From: an uncultured Planctomycetaceae bacterium
Lineage (GTDB): Bacteria; Planctomycetota; Planctomycetia; Planctomycetales; Planctomycetaceae
Assembly: GCA_963813715.1 (NCBI GenBank)
Contig: CAWFAK010000005.1
Span: 864,001 to 928,000, forward strand
Length of the DNA stretch: 64,000 bases
Reading direction: 5' to 3'
Shown: positions 53,655 to 64,000 of the stretch, one piece after another
How the letters are laid out: every line of letters begins with the position of its first letter
Numbering within the stretch: position 1 is the first letter of the stretch
The notes under the pieces: model-generated
What the model saw: the letters and a program-made list of their open reading frames with translations, nothing else
What the model was told of the DNA's origin: nothing
Databases searched by the model: none
Made by a program: the position numbers and the translations under genes

Positions 53655-56600
53655 TTAGCGATCGAGCAGTCGGCTCAATTGGCGGACCCGTTCGGCGTAG
53701 CGTTCGATGTCGTCCTGTAAACGGTTGACGTGCGAGCCGTAACCGAGTCGTCGGGCGAGGAAGACGAACTCTTCGGATTCTGGGGCGGGGACGGTGAGGT
53801 CGCGGGCGTGGCCGCGGACGATCCGCAGGGCGTCGATCAGATCGCGCTGGAAGACGTAGGCTTCGCGCAGGCTCGCGGCGTCTTCGGCCGAGACCAGGCC
53901 GCGGTCTTTGAGGGCAGCGAGCGCGTCGAGCGTGTTGACTGCCCGCAGCGACGGGTCGAGATGCCCGTGCGTGATCTGCAGGCCCTGCACGAGATACTCG
54001 GTGTCGACGAGCTGCCCGGGGCTGAGCTTGGCGTTGGTGGTGCCCGCCTTCACCAGTTGCCGCAGTTGCTTCTCGCGCATGGCCCGCATGGCGGCCACGT
54101 CGAAGGGCTCTCCGGAATAAATGAGGCGATCGCGCAGGGCGACGATCTCGGCGCCGAACGCGAGGTCGCCGGCGATCGGACGGAGCTTCACCAGCGCCTG
54201 CCGCTCGTAGGGCCAAGCCGCTCCCTCAGGACCAAAATAGCCGGCGAAGGCGTCGAGCGAGACGGCGAGGCTGCCCGCTCGGCCGTAGGGTCGCAAGCGG
54301 AGGTCGACTTGAAAGACCCCTTCCTCTCGCGAACGGATGGTGTGGGTCAAAGCCTCCACGAACCGCTGATAGAACTCGGCGGTGCCGATTGTCTCAGGTC
54401 CGGCCGTCGTGCCATTGCCGTCGTAGACGAACATCAGCTCGATGTCGGACGCGTAGCCTAACTCACGTCCGCCGCACTTGCCGAGCGCAGGCGCACAACC
54501 GGGCCGGTTGGCCGTCGCTGGTTCGCGGTTGGCCGTAACGCCGCTGCAGGTCGCGGAGGCAGATGTTGAGCGCGGCCCCGACGACGACCGCCGCCACGTC
54601 CCCCAACTCGGCCGAAAACTGGCCGAACTCGCCGACCAGGCCGAGGATGTGCCGCATGTCGGCCCGGAACATTTCGCGATCTTTGAACGCGTTGAGCCGC
54701 TCGCGGCGTTCTTCGGTCGTGGCCGCGGCCGTCAACTGGGCGTCGAGCTCCGCAGCCAGCGCCGCGCGGGTCTTGCGCTGTTCGAGCCCGGAAATATCCC
54801 GCACGACGGGGAACAAATTGACGTGCTGCAGCCGGAGAAAATCCTCCCAGAGGAAATCGCTCACCCCCAGCAGCCGGGCGAGAGCGGCCAGCACGTCCGA
54901 GCGTTCCAGCGACGCCAACTCGTGCAGCCAGTCGGGCTGTTGGAAGAGCTGGGCGAGGAAGTCGCGAAAGTGCAGCAGCGCCGCTTCGGGATTGGGCGAG
55001 CGCGGCAGCAAATGCGTGAAGTGCTTGATCAGCACGATGGCCGCCCGCAGCTCGCTTTGACGGCCCGGGTCGGTGATTTTTTCTCCCGCCGAGTCGGTGA
55101 CGTACAGCGTGTCGAACGCGCGGTTTCCGCGCGAGTCGACAATCATCCGCTGGATGTCGATGCCCGCCAGCGCGAGCGCGTTGGCCAGCTCATAGAGAAA
55201 GCCCATCGTGTCTTCGGAGCGGATCCGCAGCACACTCGAGCGGGGCGAGGCTTCGTTGTCGATTTCGATTTCGACCGGATAGAGCGTGGTGGCCGTCTCC
55301 GACGTCGCCGGAACGGCCGAGGCGACCCGCTTGGCCAGGCGTCCGTGGACTTCGCCGACGCGGCCGCTGCGGGCCTCGCGAATCAGGTCGGCCAATTCGC
55401 TCGCGTAGTTCTGCCAGAGAGCGACGAGCCCGCCGGGCGGCAGCTTGGTCGGCGGCTCGACGGTGAAGACATCGACGAACTTGGCGGCGGTGGTGTCAGC
55501 GTGGGCGGTCGCGCCGTGCGTGCGAGCGCGGGGCAGCGGACGAGGCACGGGCGGCGCTCCGGAGACATTTTCCTCGGAGAACGCGTTGCCGTCGACAATG
55601 TTGCAGCCCCAAGCAAACAGCAGCCCGCAGATGATGGCCAGTTCGCCCGGGTGATTGAAGCCGACCACCGTCACCTGCCAACGGCCGTCGGCCACGGGCG
55701 CGGCGGCGACGTCGACGGGCGCCGCATCGGAGAGCCTGGCCAAAAGCTCGAGATGCCGGGCCCGGTCGGCCGACTCGAAGGTTTCAACGTAAGAGGCCTC
55801 CATGTGCAGCGGAGGGGGCACGGCCATCTCAACCGATTGAGCCGCGCCGCCGGCGCGCGTCTTGCCGTCGAGGTAGTTGCGATAGATGGCTCGCACCGAC
55901 GCGCGGTGCCGGTTGTAGTAGTCCAGGAACTGGTCGGCGTCGGCAAAGTCGAGCCGCCGGGCGAGGAACGCGAGCTCACGGCGGTCCTCGGGGAGCGAGT
56001 GCGTTTGCTTGTGATGCATCAGCTGCAGGGAGTGTTCGATCGTGCGGAAAAACGTGTAGGCGCTGGCCAGTTGGCGGTACTCGTCGGCCTGGATGAAGGA
56101 GAAGTCGGCCAAGCGCACCAGTCCGTCGAGCGTGTTGATGCTGCGGACGTGGGGCTCCTCCCGCCCGTGGGCCAGCTGCAGGAACTGCGTGACGAATTCG
56201 ATGTCGCGGATCGAGCCGGCTCCCGATTTGACTTCGCCCCAGTCGCGGCCGCGGCGTTCGAGATTGGCTTCGATCCGCGCCTTGAGCTTGCGGATACTTT
56301 CGCGGATTTGATCGACCGGCGCGCCGAAGAGCAGCGGGTCGACCCGCTTGAGGAACGTTTCGCCCAACTGCGGATCGCCGGCGATGACACGAGCCTTGAG
56401 CAGCGCCTGCTTCTCCCAGAGCATGCCGTGCGCCTTGAGATACTGCACGTGCCCGTCGATGGTGTTCACGAGCGCACCCGAGCGGCCCCACGGACGCAGC
56501 CGCATGTCGACGCGGTACAAGAATCCCTCAGCCGTCGACTCGGTGAGCGCCTTGATCAGTCGCTGCCCCAACGTCCAATAACGGCTCGCGTCGGCCTCGG

Positions 56601-57321
56601 CCAGAAAGATCAGGTCGATGTCCGAGCTGTAGTTGAGTTCCTCGCCCCCCAGCTTGCCCATCGCGACGACGGAGAACTTGTCGCGCCCCAGTTCGAGTTG
56701 GGTCGCGAACATGGTCAGGCACGTTTGCACCAGGCTGTCGGCAAGCAGCGAGAGCTGCACGGTGACCGACTTCAGGTCGAAGAGGCCGAACGCGTCGCAG
56801 GCGCCGATCCGCAATAGCTCCCAGCGCTGATACCGCCGCAGCGCGTCGAGCCGCGCCTCGATCGGCCCTTCCCCGGCCGCCTCCCGCGCTTCGGCGACAA
56901 AATGCGCGCGGCTCTTGATGTCGGCCAGCTGCTTGTGGTTGGTCAGCTTTTCCAGGTAATCGGGATTGCGCAGCAGGATCTCGGTGAGGAACTGGCTGCC
57001 GACGAAGAGCTTGACGAGAATTTCGACGGCCCGCGGCTTGGAGGCCAGATACCGCAACAGGATGGTGCGGTTGGCCACGCACTGCACGTAGCGCTCGAAG
57101 TTGAGCAGCGATGCGTCGGGCGTGGCCGCGTCCGACAGGGCGATCAACAGCATCGGCAGAACATCGGCCAGGGCACGCCGCGAGGCATCGTCGTGAGCGA
57201 TCTCGCGGAGCCGTCGGAGGGCCAGCGCCCAATCGGCGAAGCCGACAGCCGAGAGCAGCTCGCGCGCCTCCGCTTCCGGAAAGTCGGCACGAAGGACAAG
57301 TTGGCCGCTGTGCTCGAACAT
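53655..57321 (-). CDS. glnE: GlnE-like glutamine synthetase adenylyltransferase with two internal ACT domains; frameshift at ~54490
   Basis: NT1 [41 protein letters not shown]2 [34 protein letters not shown]-like segments between them. Confidence 0.85.
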
Positions 57322-57507
57322 GCTGGAATGATCAGGAACCGCCGCGAGGAGGGCAAGCGGCCAGGGGTTGGCCGCTCGGGTGAAGATCGCCGGGGGTCAT
57401 GTTATTATGCCCCGAGCGCGTTTCCTCCCCCGTTTTTGGGCGGCAGCAGCGTATTTGTAAGAGCGAAGCCGCTTTTTGGCGAAGGTTTGCAGGTTCGGGA
57501 GCCATTC

Positions 57508-58875
57508 ATGTTCGACAAGTCAACACGTCGTGATTTCCTCAAGACCTCCTCGTTGCTGAGCACCGCGTGGTGGGTGGGCCAAAGCGAGGCCCTGGCCGTC
57601 AGCAAAAGCCCCAATGAACAGTTGAATTTCGCCTGCATCGGCGTCGACGGGAAGGGCTCCAGCGACACGGATGATGCGGCCCGCAACGGCATCATCGTCG
57701 CACTGTGCGATATCGACGATCGTCACCTCGAAAAGAAAAAGGGGCAGCTCAAGCGCCGCAACAAGATCAACGACTCGCTCAAGACTTTCAACGATTACCG
57801 CGAAATGCTCGACCAGATGGGCGACAAGATCGACGCGGTGACCGTCAGCATCCCGGACCACAGCCATGCGTCGGCCAGCGTCCTGGCGATGAAGAAGGGG
57901 AAGCACTGCTTCACTCAGAAACCGCTGACCTGGTCGGTCTACGAAGCCCGCCGCATGCGAGAAGTGGCCAACGAAATGAAGGTGGCCACGCAGATGGGCA
58001 ACCAGGGAACGTCCAAAAATGGCTTGCGCACCGCCGTCGAAATCATCCGCTCCGGCGCGATCGGCGACGTGAAGGAGGTCCACGTCTGGACCAATCGGCC
58101 CATCTGGCCGCAGGGCGCCGGTCGTCCCGATCGCACCGATCCCGTCCCCAAATATGTCCACTGGGACTTGTTCCTCGGCCCGGCGCCGGAACGCCCCTAC
58201 GTCAACGACGTCTACCATCCGTTCAAATGGCGCGGTTGGCTCGACTTCGGCACCGGCGCCCTGGGTGACATGGCGTGTCACACGGCCAACATGGGAGTGA
58301 TGGCACTGGAGCTGTTCGATCCCGCCGCCGTCGAAGTCAAGAAGACCTCGGGCATCGTCCAGAACGAAACGTATCCGAAGTATTCGGTCATCGAGTACGA
58401 GTTCCCCGAGCGGACGAGCGTCATGTTCAAGCAGGGCATCAAGCTGCCGCCGTGCAAGCTGACCTGGTACGACGGTCAGCAGTATCCGCCGAACGAGCTC
58501 TTGCAGGGCGAACACCGGCGCGACAGTGGCATGGTGCTGGTCGGTGATCAGGGCTCGCTCTATACGCCGGACGATTACGGGGAGGAATATGTGCTCTTAC
58601 CCCGCAAGAAGTTCGCGAAATACACCCCGCCGGAGAAGTTCTTGCCGCGGACCTCGAACCACTTCAAGGAATGGGCCACGGCGTGCCACGGCGGGGCTCC
58701 GGCGATGTCGAACTTCAATTACTCGTCGCGGCTGACGGAAACGATGATCTTGGGCGACCTGGCGCTGAAAGCCGGCACGCGAGTCGAGTGGGACGCCAAG
58801 AACCAGGTCGTGACCAACAATCCGGCCGCAAACAAGTTTGTTCGTCGCGAGTATCGTGCCGGCTATTCCGTCTGA
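57508..58875 (+). CDS. Tat-exported Gfo/Idh/MocA oxidoreductase
   Basis: [50 protein letters not shown]. Confidence 0.93.
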   Translation: MFDKSTRRDFLKTSSLLSTAWWVGQSEALAVSKSPNEQLNFACIGVDGKGSSDTDDAARNGIIVALCDIDDRHLEKKKGQLKRRNKINDSLKTFNDYREMLDQMGDKIDAVTVSIPDHSHASASVLAMKKGKHCFTQKPLTWSVYEARRMREVANEMKVATQMGNQGTSKNGLRTAVEIIRSGAIGDVKEVHVWTNRPIWPQGAGRPDRTDPVPKYVHWDLFLGPAPERPYVNDVYHPFKWRGWLDFGTGALGDMACHTANMGVMALELFDPAAVEVKKTSGIVQNETYPKYSVIEYEFPERTSVMFKQGIKLPPCKLTWYDGQQYPPNELLQGEHRRDSGMVLVGDQGSLYTPDDYGEEYVLLPRKKFAKYTPPEKFLPRTSNHFKEWATACHGGAPAMSNFNYSSRLTETMILGDLALKAGTRVEWDAKNQVVTNNPAANKFVRREYRAGYSV

Positions 58876-58894
58876 GCCTCGCGAGTGATTTACG

Positions 58895-58929
58895 AGCCCG
58901 CGGACCGCTTGTCCGCGGGCTTATTTTTT
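58895..58929 (+). terminator. Intrinsic terminator
   Basis: agcccgcggac / gtccgcgggct stem followed by TATTTTTT. Confidence 0.85.
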
Positions 58930-58964
58930 GACGGGCTTATCTTTTGCCCTGCGCCGGGTGGCCC

Positions 58965-59876
58965 ATGCCCAAACTCGCCTTCTCGACGCTGGCCTGTCCC
59001 GATTGGCCTCTCGATCGCGTGCTCGAGCGCTGTTGTAGCTACGGCTACGACGGCGTCGAGATTCGACAGATCTTCGGCCAGACCGATCTGCTGAAGGTCG
59101 CCGCGCTGCACCCGTCGCAACATTCCGAGTTGAGGCGGAAGTTGGCCGATGGAAACATCGCCATCTGCGGCCTGGCTTCGTCGGTTCGATTCGATTATCC
59201 GGAAGCCGCGGCGCGCGAGGCACAGTTTCGACATCGGCCGCGCCTACGTGGAACTCGCCGCCGCGCTCGGAGCGAGATTCGTGCGCGTCTTCGGCGACGT
59301 ATTGCCGCCGGGTCCGCCGGCCGCCCGTGCAGCGGCCCTCGAGCCGATTGCCGCGGGGCTGGACCGGCTGGGCGAATTCGCCGGCACGGTGCAGGTCCGC
59401 ATCGTGCTGGAAACGCACGGCGACTTCTCCGACTCGACCGTGGTCGCCGCGCTGATGCCGCGGATTCACTCGCCGTTTGTGGGCATTCTCTGGGATACGC
59501 ATCATCCCTGGAAGTTCTTCGACGAGCCGCTGTCACAAACGTGGGATCGCCTGCGGCCGTGGGTCTGGCACACGCATTGGAAAGACTCGGTGAGCCGCCC
59601 CGCCGTTCCGGCGCCGAATCGTCGACCGCCCACGAACAGTCCTCGGCCGCGACGGCGGCACACGCCCTGATGAGCGGCCATCGCGAGGCGGATTATGTCC
59701 TGTTCGGCGGCGGCGAATTTCCGGCGGAGGAATGCGCGCGGCTGCTGAAGACGTCCGGCTACGATGGCTGGCTCAGTCTCGAGTGGGAGAAGATGTGGCA
59801 CCCGCAGCTCGAGGTCCCGGAAGTCGCGCTGCCCCTCTTCGCGAACAAGATGCGGGCCCTGTGGGAGCGACTTTAG
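58965..59876 (+). CDS. Sugar phosphate isomerase/epimerase (xylose-isomerase-like TIM barrel); compensating frameshifts
   Basis: LAFSTLACPDW, GYDGVEIR, VRVFG, LETHGDF, WDTHHP, HTHWKD, SLEWEKMWHP. Confidence 0.88.
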   Translation: MPKLAFSTLACPDWPLDRVLERCCSYGYDGVEIRQIFGQTDLLKVAALHPSQHSELRRKLADGNIAICGLASSVRFDYPEAAAREAQFRHRPRLRGTRRRARSEIRARLRRRIAAGSAGRPCSGPRADCRGAGPAGRIRRHGAGPHRAGNARRLLRLDRGRRADAADSLAVCGHSLGYASSLEVLRRAAVTNVGSPAAVGLAHALERLGEPPRRSGAESSTAHEQSSAATAAHALMSGHREADYVLFGGGEFPAEECARLLKTSGYDGWLSLEWEKMWHPQLEVPEVALPLFANKMRALWERL

Positions 59877-60202
59877 TCAGCGTCGCGCGCCGAGCTACTT
59901 GGCTCTCGAAAAGGCGAAAGAAGCGCGGACTCGGCTGACTTTTCGTTTCGGCACGTGCGAAGCGGCGACTGTGCCCGTCGCACCGGCTGTACGGGCGTTT
60001 TTCGGCTCGCGGGAGCGAATTTTTTGCCGTGCCGGCATGGTTTGCCCAGACCCCGGCTCGTGCGGTCCCGGCAGGACTGGTCCGACGTTTGCACGGCGTA
60101 GCGGCTGTGCCGAGAGCGACGTCGACGGTTTTGGCAAATCGTTTGACACCCTTCATCTACGGCTTATATTCGACGGAATCACGTCGCTGCCGAGGGGGGA
60201 AA

Positions 60203-61961
60203 ATGATTTTTGCCTCAAGATGTCGCACCCGCGTCTCGCTGGTTGCCCTGCTGGTTGTCAGTCTTACATTCGTCCTTCCCTCGCGACCGGTGGAAGCCGG
60301 GCGCGTGACCGGCGTCGATCAGACGCCCGCCGATCCGGCCGCCGCGGTCGAGATAGGGCTGAAACATGAGCGCTCGCGACGCTGGCTCGACGCCATCGAC
60401 TCCTACGAGCACGCTCTCAAACACTTTCCCGACAACGCCGAGATCAAGTACGGCCTGCGTCGCTCGAAGATCCAGTTTGCGATCGAGCGCCGCTACGAAG
60501 ACGGCAGCTTCGAGAGTCGGCTGCTGCAGCTGCCGCGCGAGTCGGCGTTCGCACTCTTCGACAAGGTCGTGGAAAACGTCCGCATGTATTATGTGGAAGA
60601 AGTCGAGCGCCACCTCGTTCGTCGCTCACGGAACCGAGAGTCTGTATCACGCACTGGCCAACGAGAAGTTCCTCGCGCACAACCTGCGACAGGTCGACCA
60701 CGCTCGCGTGGCTCACGTGCGACAGGTGCTGCGGGAGCGATTCTGGAATCGGCCCGTCGAGGATTTCTCGGTCGCTCGCGACACCGTCTCCGAAGTTGCC
60801 AACCTGGTTGAAAGGGAGCTCAACCTGCCGGCCACCACCGTGGTCTTCGAATACGTCTTCGGCGGCTGCAATTGCCTCGACGACTACAGCAACTTTCTCA
60901 CGCCCGACCGCCTCACCGACTTGCACGGCAACATCAACGGCGAGTTTGTGGGGCTGGGAATTGAGATGAAGGGCGATCCCGGCAAGGGCATGTTCCTGGT
61001 CAACGTTCTGCCCGACAGCCCGGCCGAACAAGGGGGCTTGCACGCGGGCGAATACATCGTCGCGATCAACGGGTCGAGCTGCAAAAACATGACGACCGAC
61101 GAGGCCGCCAAGGTGTTGCGCGGCCCTCCGGGAACCCGCGTGGCGCTGGCCATCGAAGGCGCCCCGGCAGCGCGCCGCGGCAGGGAGAGTTCATCCGCCG
61201 GGCCGTCGAAGTCAAAAGCATTCCCGTCGCTCGCATCGTCGATCGCGAACATGGCATCGCCTACATCCGCATGACCGCCTTTCAGGCGACCTCGCCCCGC
61301 GAGCTCGACGCGGCCCTGAGCCAGCTGTCCCGCGAAGGCATGCGGGCCGTGATCTGGGACCTGCGGGGAAATCCGGGCGGACTGCTGTCGGCCGCCACAA
61401 GCGTGCTCGATCGATTCATCGACTCGGGCGTGCTGGTGTCGACCCGCGGCCGCTCGCTCGATCAGAACTCCTCGTTCTCGGCCTCGTCGCACCCCAAGTA
61501 CAATATTCCGATGGTGCTGCTCGTCGATGAAAACAGCGCCAGCGCCAGCGAGATCGTGGCCGGAGCCGTTCACGACCACAAGCGGGGCACGATCGTCGGA
61601 CGGACGACGTACGGCAAATGGTGCGTGCAGAGCATCTTCTATATGCCCAACGGTGCCGGACTGCGGCTGACCACGGCCAAGTTCTTCTCGCCTCGCGGCC
61701 ACAACTTCTCCGAGGTCGGCGTTCGCCCGGACGTGGCCGTCTCGTCGGATGAGGAATATGTCGCGCTCAAGCCGCCGGCCGACGGTCAGGACGCCGTCGA
61801 TACAAACAGCAGTGGCGGTGGGCCGACGGCTCGCGCTCCGCTGGGACGGAAAAGCCAACCGCATCCGCCCCAGCCTGCGGGACGTGCCGGGTCCGGACGA
61901 CCACGACATGCGAAAGGCCCTGGACATCCTTTCCCATCAGGTGCAGTTGACGGGACGATGA
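60203..61961 (+). CDS. S41 carboxy-terminal processing protease with N-terminal TPR-like region and PDZ; about three frameshifts
   Basis: Signal peptide; LDDYS, FVGLGIE, DSPAEQGGL, WDLRGNPGG, SASASEIVAG, GK…VQ, LTTAKF, GVRPD; C-terminus MRKALDIL…* at 61961. Confidence 0.88.
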
Positions 61962-62860
61962 CCGAGTCGGAGCAACGCTGGCTCGACCAAGGCCGGGGAC
62001 TCAGTCCCGAATGGACCTGGTCCTTCACGGCGGATGCTCCCTTGGTCGGGCTGGAGCTGGCTCGGGAGAGCGGCGACACGATTGTCGCGGACGCTTCCGG
62101 CAGCGTGTACATCCTGGACCGGCGTGGACGCATCGTCACCCTGTCCCGCGGTCTGCACGAGCTGGTCGACCTGGCTTGGTCCGACTCGGGCACTCACGGC
62201 GCAGTCGTCGTCGGTGAAACGACGCTGGCGGTCTTGAATCGTCAGCTCCGCCTGGTCTGGACCTCCGATCTGCGTGAACCGATCCGCGCCATCGCGGTGG
62301 ACCCTTACGGTCACCACTTTGCGGCCTGCCTGGAAGGCGGCGAAACGCGGATCCTCAACAACACGCGAAAGACCATCGGCCGCTTCAAGACGACACGGCG
62401 GCTGTCCCACGTGCGGTTCGTCACGGGACATGCCGATCTCATTGCCACGGCGGACAACGGCCTGCTTTGCCGCCACCATCTCGACGGCACCCCCCTGTGG
62501 GGCGAGCCCTGCTGGTCGAATATCGGCGATTTGAGCATCACGGGGGACGGCGGGGCGATCTTTCTGGCCGGCCTCAACCTGGGCATTCAGCGGTTCGACG
62601 GCAACGGAAACTCGCAGGGGACCTACGTCGTCGAGGGGACGCCAAACCGGGTGTCCACCAGCTACGCGCTGAACCGGGTGGTCGCATCGACCGTGGAACG
62701 AGGGCTGATCTGGCTCGATTCCGACGGGGAAATCCTCTGGGCAGTCGAAACCCCCGAAGAGGTCCTGACGCTGCGCTGCGACCCGCTGGGAGCCGGTTTT
62801 GTCTGCGGTTTTGAGGGGGGGCGCGTGGTCCGGCTCGACTGGGGAGCCCCTTTTCCTTAA
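61958..62860 (+). CDS. WD40/PQQ-like beta-propeller protein
   Basis: ATGA overlap with the S41 gene; repeats VYILDRRG, IAVDPYG, LSITGDG, WLDSDGEILW. Confidence 0.75.
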   Translation: MTESEQRWLDQGRGLSPEWTWSFTADAPLVGLELARESGDTIVADASGSVYILDRRGRIVTLSRGLHELVDLAWSDSGTHGAVVVGETTLAVLNRQLRLVWTSDLREPIRAIAVDPYGHHFAACLEGGETRILNNTRKTIGRFKTTRRLSHVRFVTGHADLIATADNGLLCRHHLDGTPLWGEPCWSNIGDLSITGDGGAIFLAGLNLGIQRFDGNGNSQGTYVVEGTPNRVSTSYALNRVVASTVERGLIWLDSDGEILWAVETPEEVLTLRCDPLGAGFVCGFEGGRVVRLDWGAPFP

Positions 62861-63044
62861 GCCTTCGTTATTGCCCGGACAGCGTTTTGACGCCGTTTGC
62901 CGAGCTTTGGTAGACTGGAATTCGGGCGGGCTAAAGCCTTGGTGCTTGTAGGATTCCGGTGTCGCGAGGCCGGCTGCGTGGCCTTGGGCCTTGCCGCGGC
63001 AGGCCGACACGGGAGTGCTACGCGCTCGGAATGTTGAGGCGTCG

Positions 63045-64000
63045 ATGTCTTCTGGATCGAACGTCCCGGAGGGCCAGCGCGCTTCGGATGCGCCGCGCGA
63101 GCCTTCGCTGGCGGGCCGAACGACTCTCGGCAAATACCAGGTCGTGCGAGAGCTCGGCGCCGGCGGCATGGGGACGGTCTATCTGGCCGTCGACTCCAAT
63201 CTCAAGCGGACGGTCGCGCTCAAGGTACTCCACAAGGAGCGGGCCTCGAACGAAACGCTCGTCCGCCGCTTCGAGTCGGAGGCGACGGCGTCAGCCCAGC
63301 TCAAGCACGAGAACATTGTCACCGTCTATGACGCCGGCCAGATCGACGGGCACCTCTTCATCGCCCTCGAGTTCGTCGACGGCACCGACATCCACGAACT
63401 GGTGGCCAAGCGCGGCGCTGTGCCGTTGACGCGATCGGTCAATTACGTCAGGCAGATCGCCCGCGCTCTGGACCATTTGCATTCGCGAGGCATCGTCCAT
63501 CGCGATATCAAGCCGTCCAACCTGCTCTTGACCAAGGACGGCGTGGTCAAGCTGACCGACTTGGGTCTGGCCCGCGCCGTCGACGAATCACTGGCCTCGA
63601 ACATCACTCGCGAGGGGACCACCGTCGGCACGGTCGATTACATGTCGCCCGAGCAGGCCCGCAACAGCCAGGCCGCCGACATTCGCAGCGACATCTATTC
63701 GCTGGGCTGCACCTGGTACCAGATGCTTACGGGCGAGCCCCCCTATCCGGAGGGAAGCGTCACCAACAAGCTGTACGCGCACATCTCGAAGGCGCGGCCC
63801 GATCCACGAGCGTTCAATCACACGGTTCCGGAAGAGATCGTCGCCGTCATGCACAAGATGATGGCCCGCAAAGTGGACGACCGCTACCAGAATCCGTCCG
63901 AGCTAATCAACGATCTAGACAACCTGGGTTCGGGCTACAAGCAGCTGGAAGAGGTGCTGGGGGCCGCCGCCGAGGAGAATTTTCCGAGTGCGCCGGACTC
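63045..64000 (+). CDS. Hanks-type Ser/Thr protein kinase, 3' truncated by window edge
   Basis: Own translation: LGAGGMGTVY, VALKVL, HRDIKPSN, DLGLAR, GTVDYMSPEQ, DIYSLG. Confidence 0.95.
   Translation, partial: MSSGSNVPEGQRASDAPREPSLAGRTTLGKYQVVRELGAGGMGTVYLAVDSNLKRTVALKVLHKERASNETLVRRFESEATASAQLKHENIVTVYDAGQIDGHLFIALEFVDGTDIHELVAKRGAVPLTRSVNYVRQIARALDHLHSRGIVHRDIKPSNLLLTKDGVVKLTDLGLARAVDESLASNITREGTTVGTVDYMSPEQARNSQAADIRSDIYSLGCTWYQMLTGEPPYPEGSVTNKLYAHISKARPDPRAFNHTVPEEIVAVMHKMMARKVDDRYQNPSELINDLDNLGSGYKQLEEVLGAAAEENFPSAPD

Noticed and set aside
61271..62860. S41 protease-propeller fusion as given in the ORF track
   Set aside because: A natural S41 C-terminus ends in another frame at 61961 with an ATGA overlap; the fusion is best explained by an indel at ~61835.

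Overview
A GC-rich bacterial chromosomal segment, very probably from a Planctomycetota genome (inferred from the PVC-type CxxCH heme protein, DUF1080, prenyltransferase-repeat and DUF3352-like proteins and a Hanks kinase). About 48 protein-coding loci can be reconstructed. More than 20 are broken by single-base indels without in-frame stops, which looks like unpolished long-read error rather than decay. I recognised no rRNA, tRNA or CRISPR array. Most of the window is housekeeping, envelope and signalling genes. Highlights: (1) a ~3.4 kb arsenic islet (arsR-arsM-orf-arsC-like, a truncated YwqK/MORN-like gene and an IS630-like end fragment) bounded by a 51-bp imperfect direct repeat of the 3' end of a DUF1080 gene; (2) next to it, a ~0.9 kb non-coding tract packed with strand-biased short repeats; (3) a DUF559 endonuclease gene nested in REP-like palindromes, one of them split by an ~85-bp insert with a target-site duplication, plus two 'empty' inverted-repeat elements elsewhere; (4) exbD coupled to a TonB-like (SxxxH helix, Pro-rich linker) protein ending in an alpha/alpha-barrel domain; (5) an FHA-FHA-STAS protein with Thr at the canonical phospho-Ser position, near a STAS protein and an HDOD-REC-GGDEF cyclase; (6) a GlnE carrying GlnD-like ACT domains; (7) a sugar ABC permease fused to an LRR domain. 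Family calls come from motif recognition by eye, not database searches.
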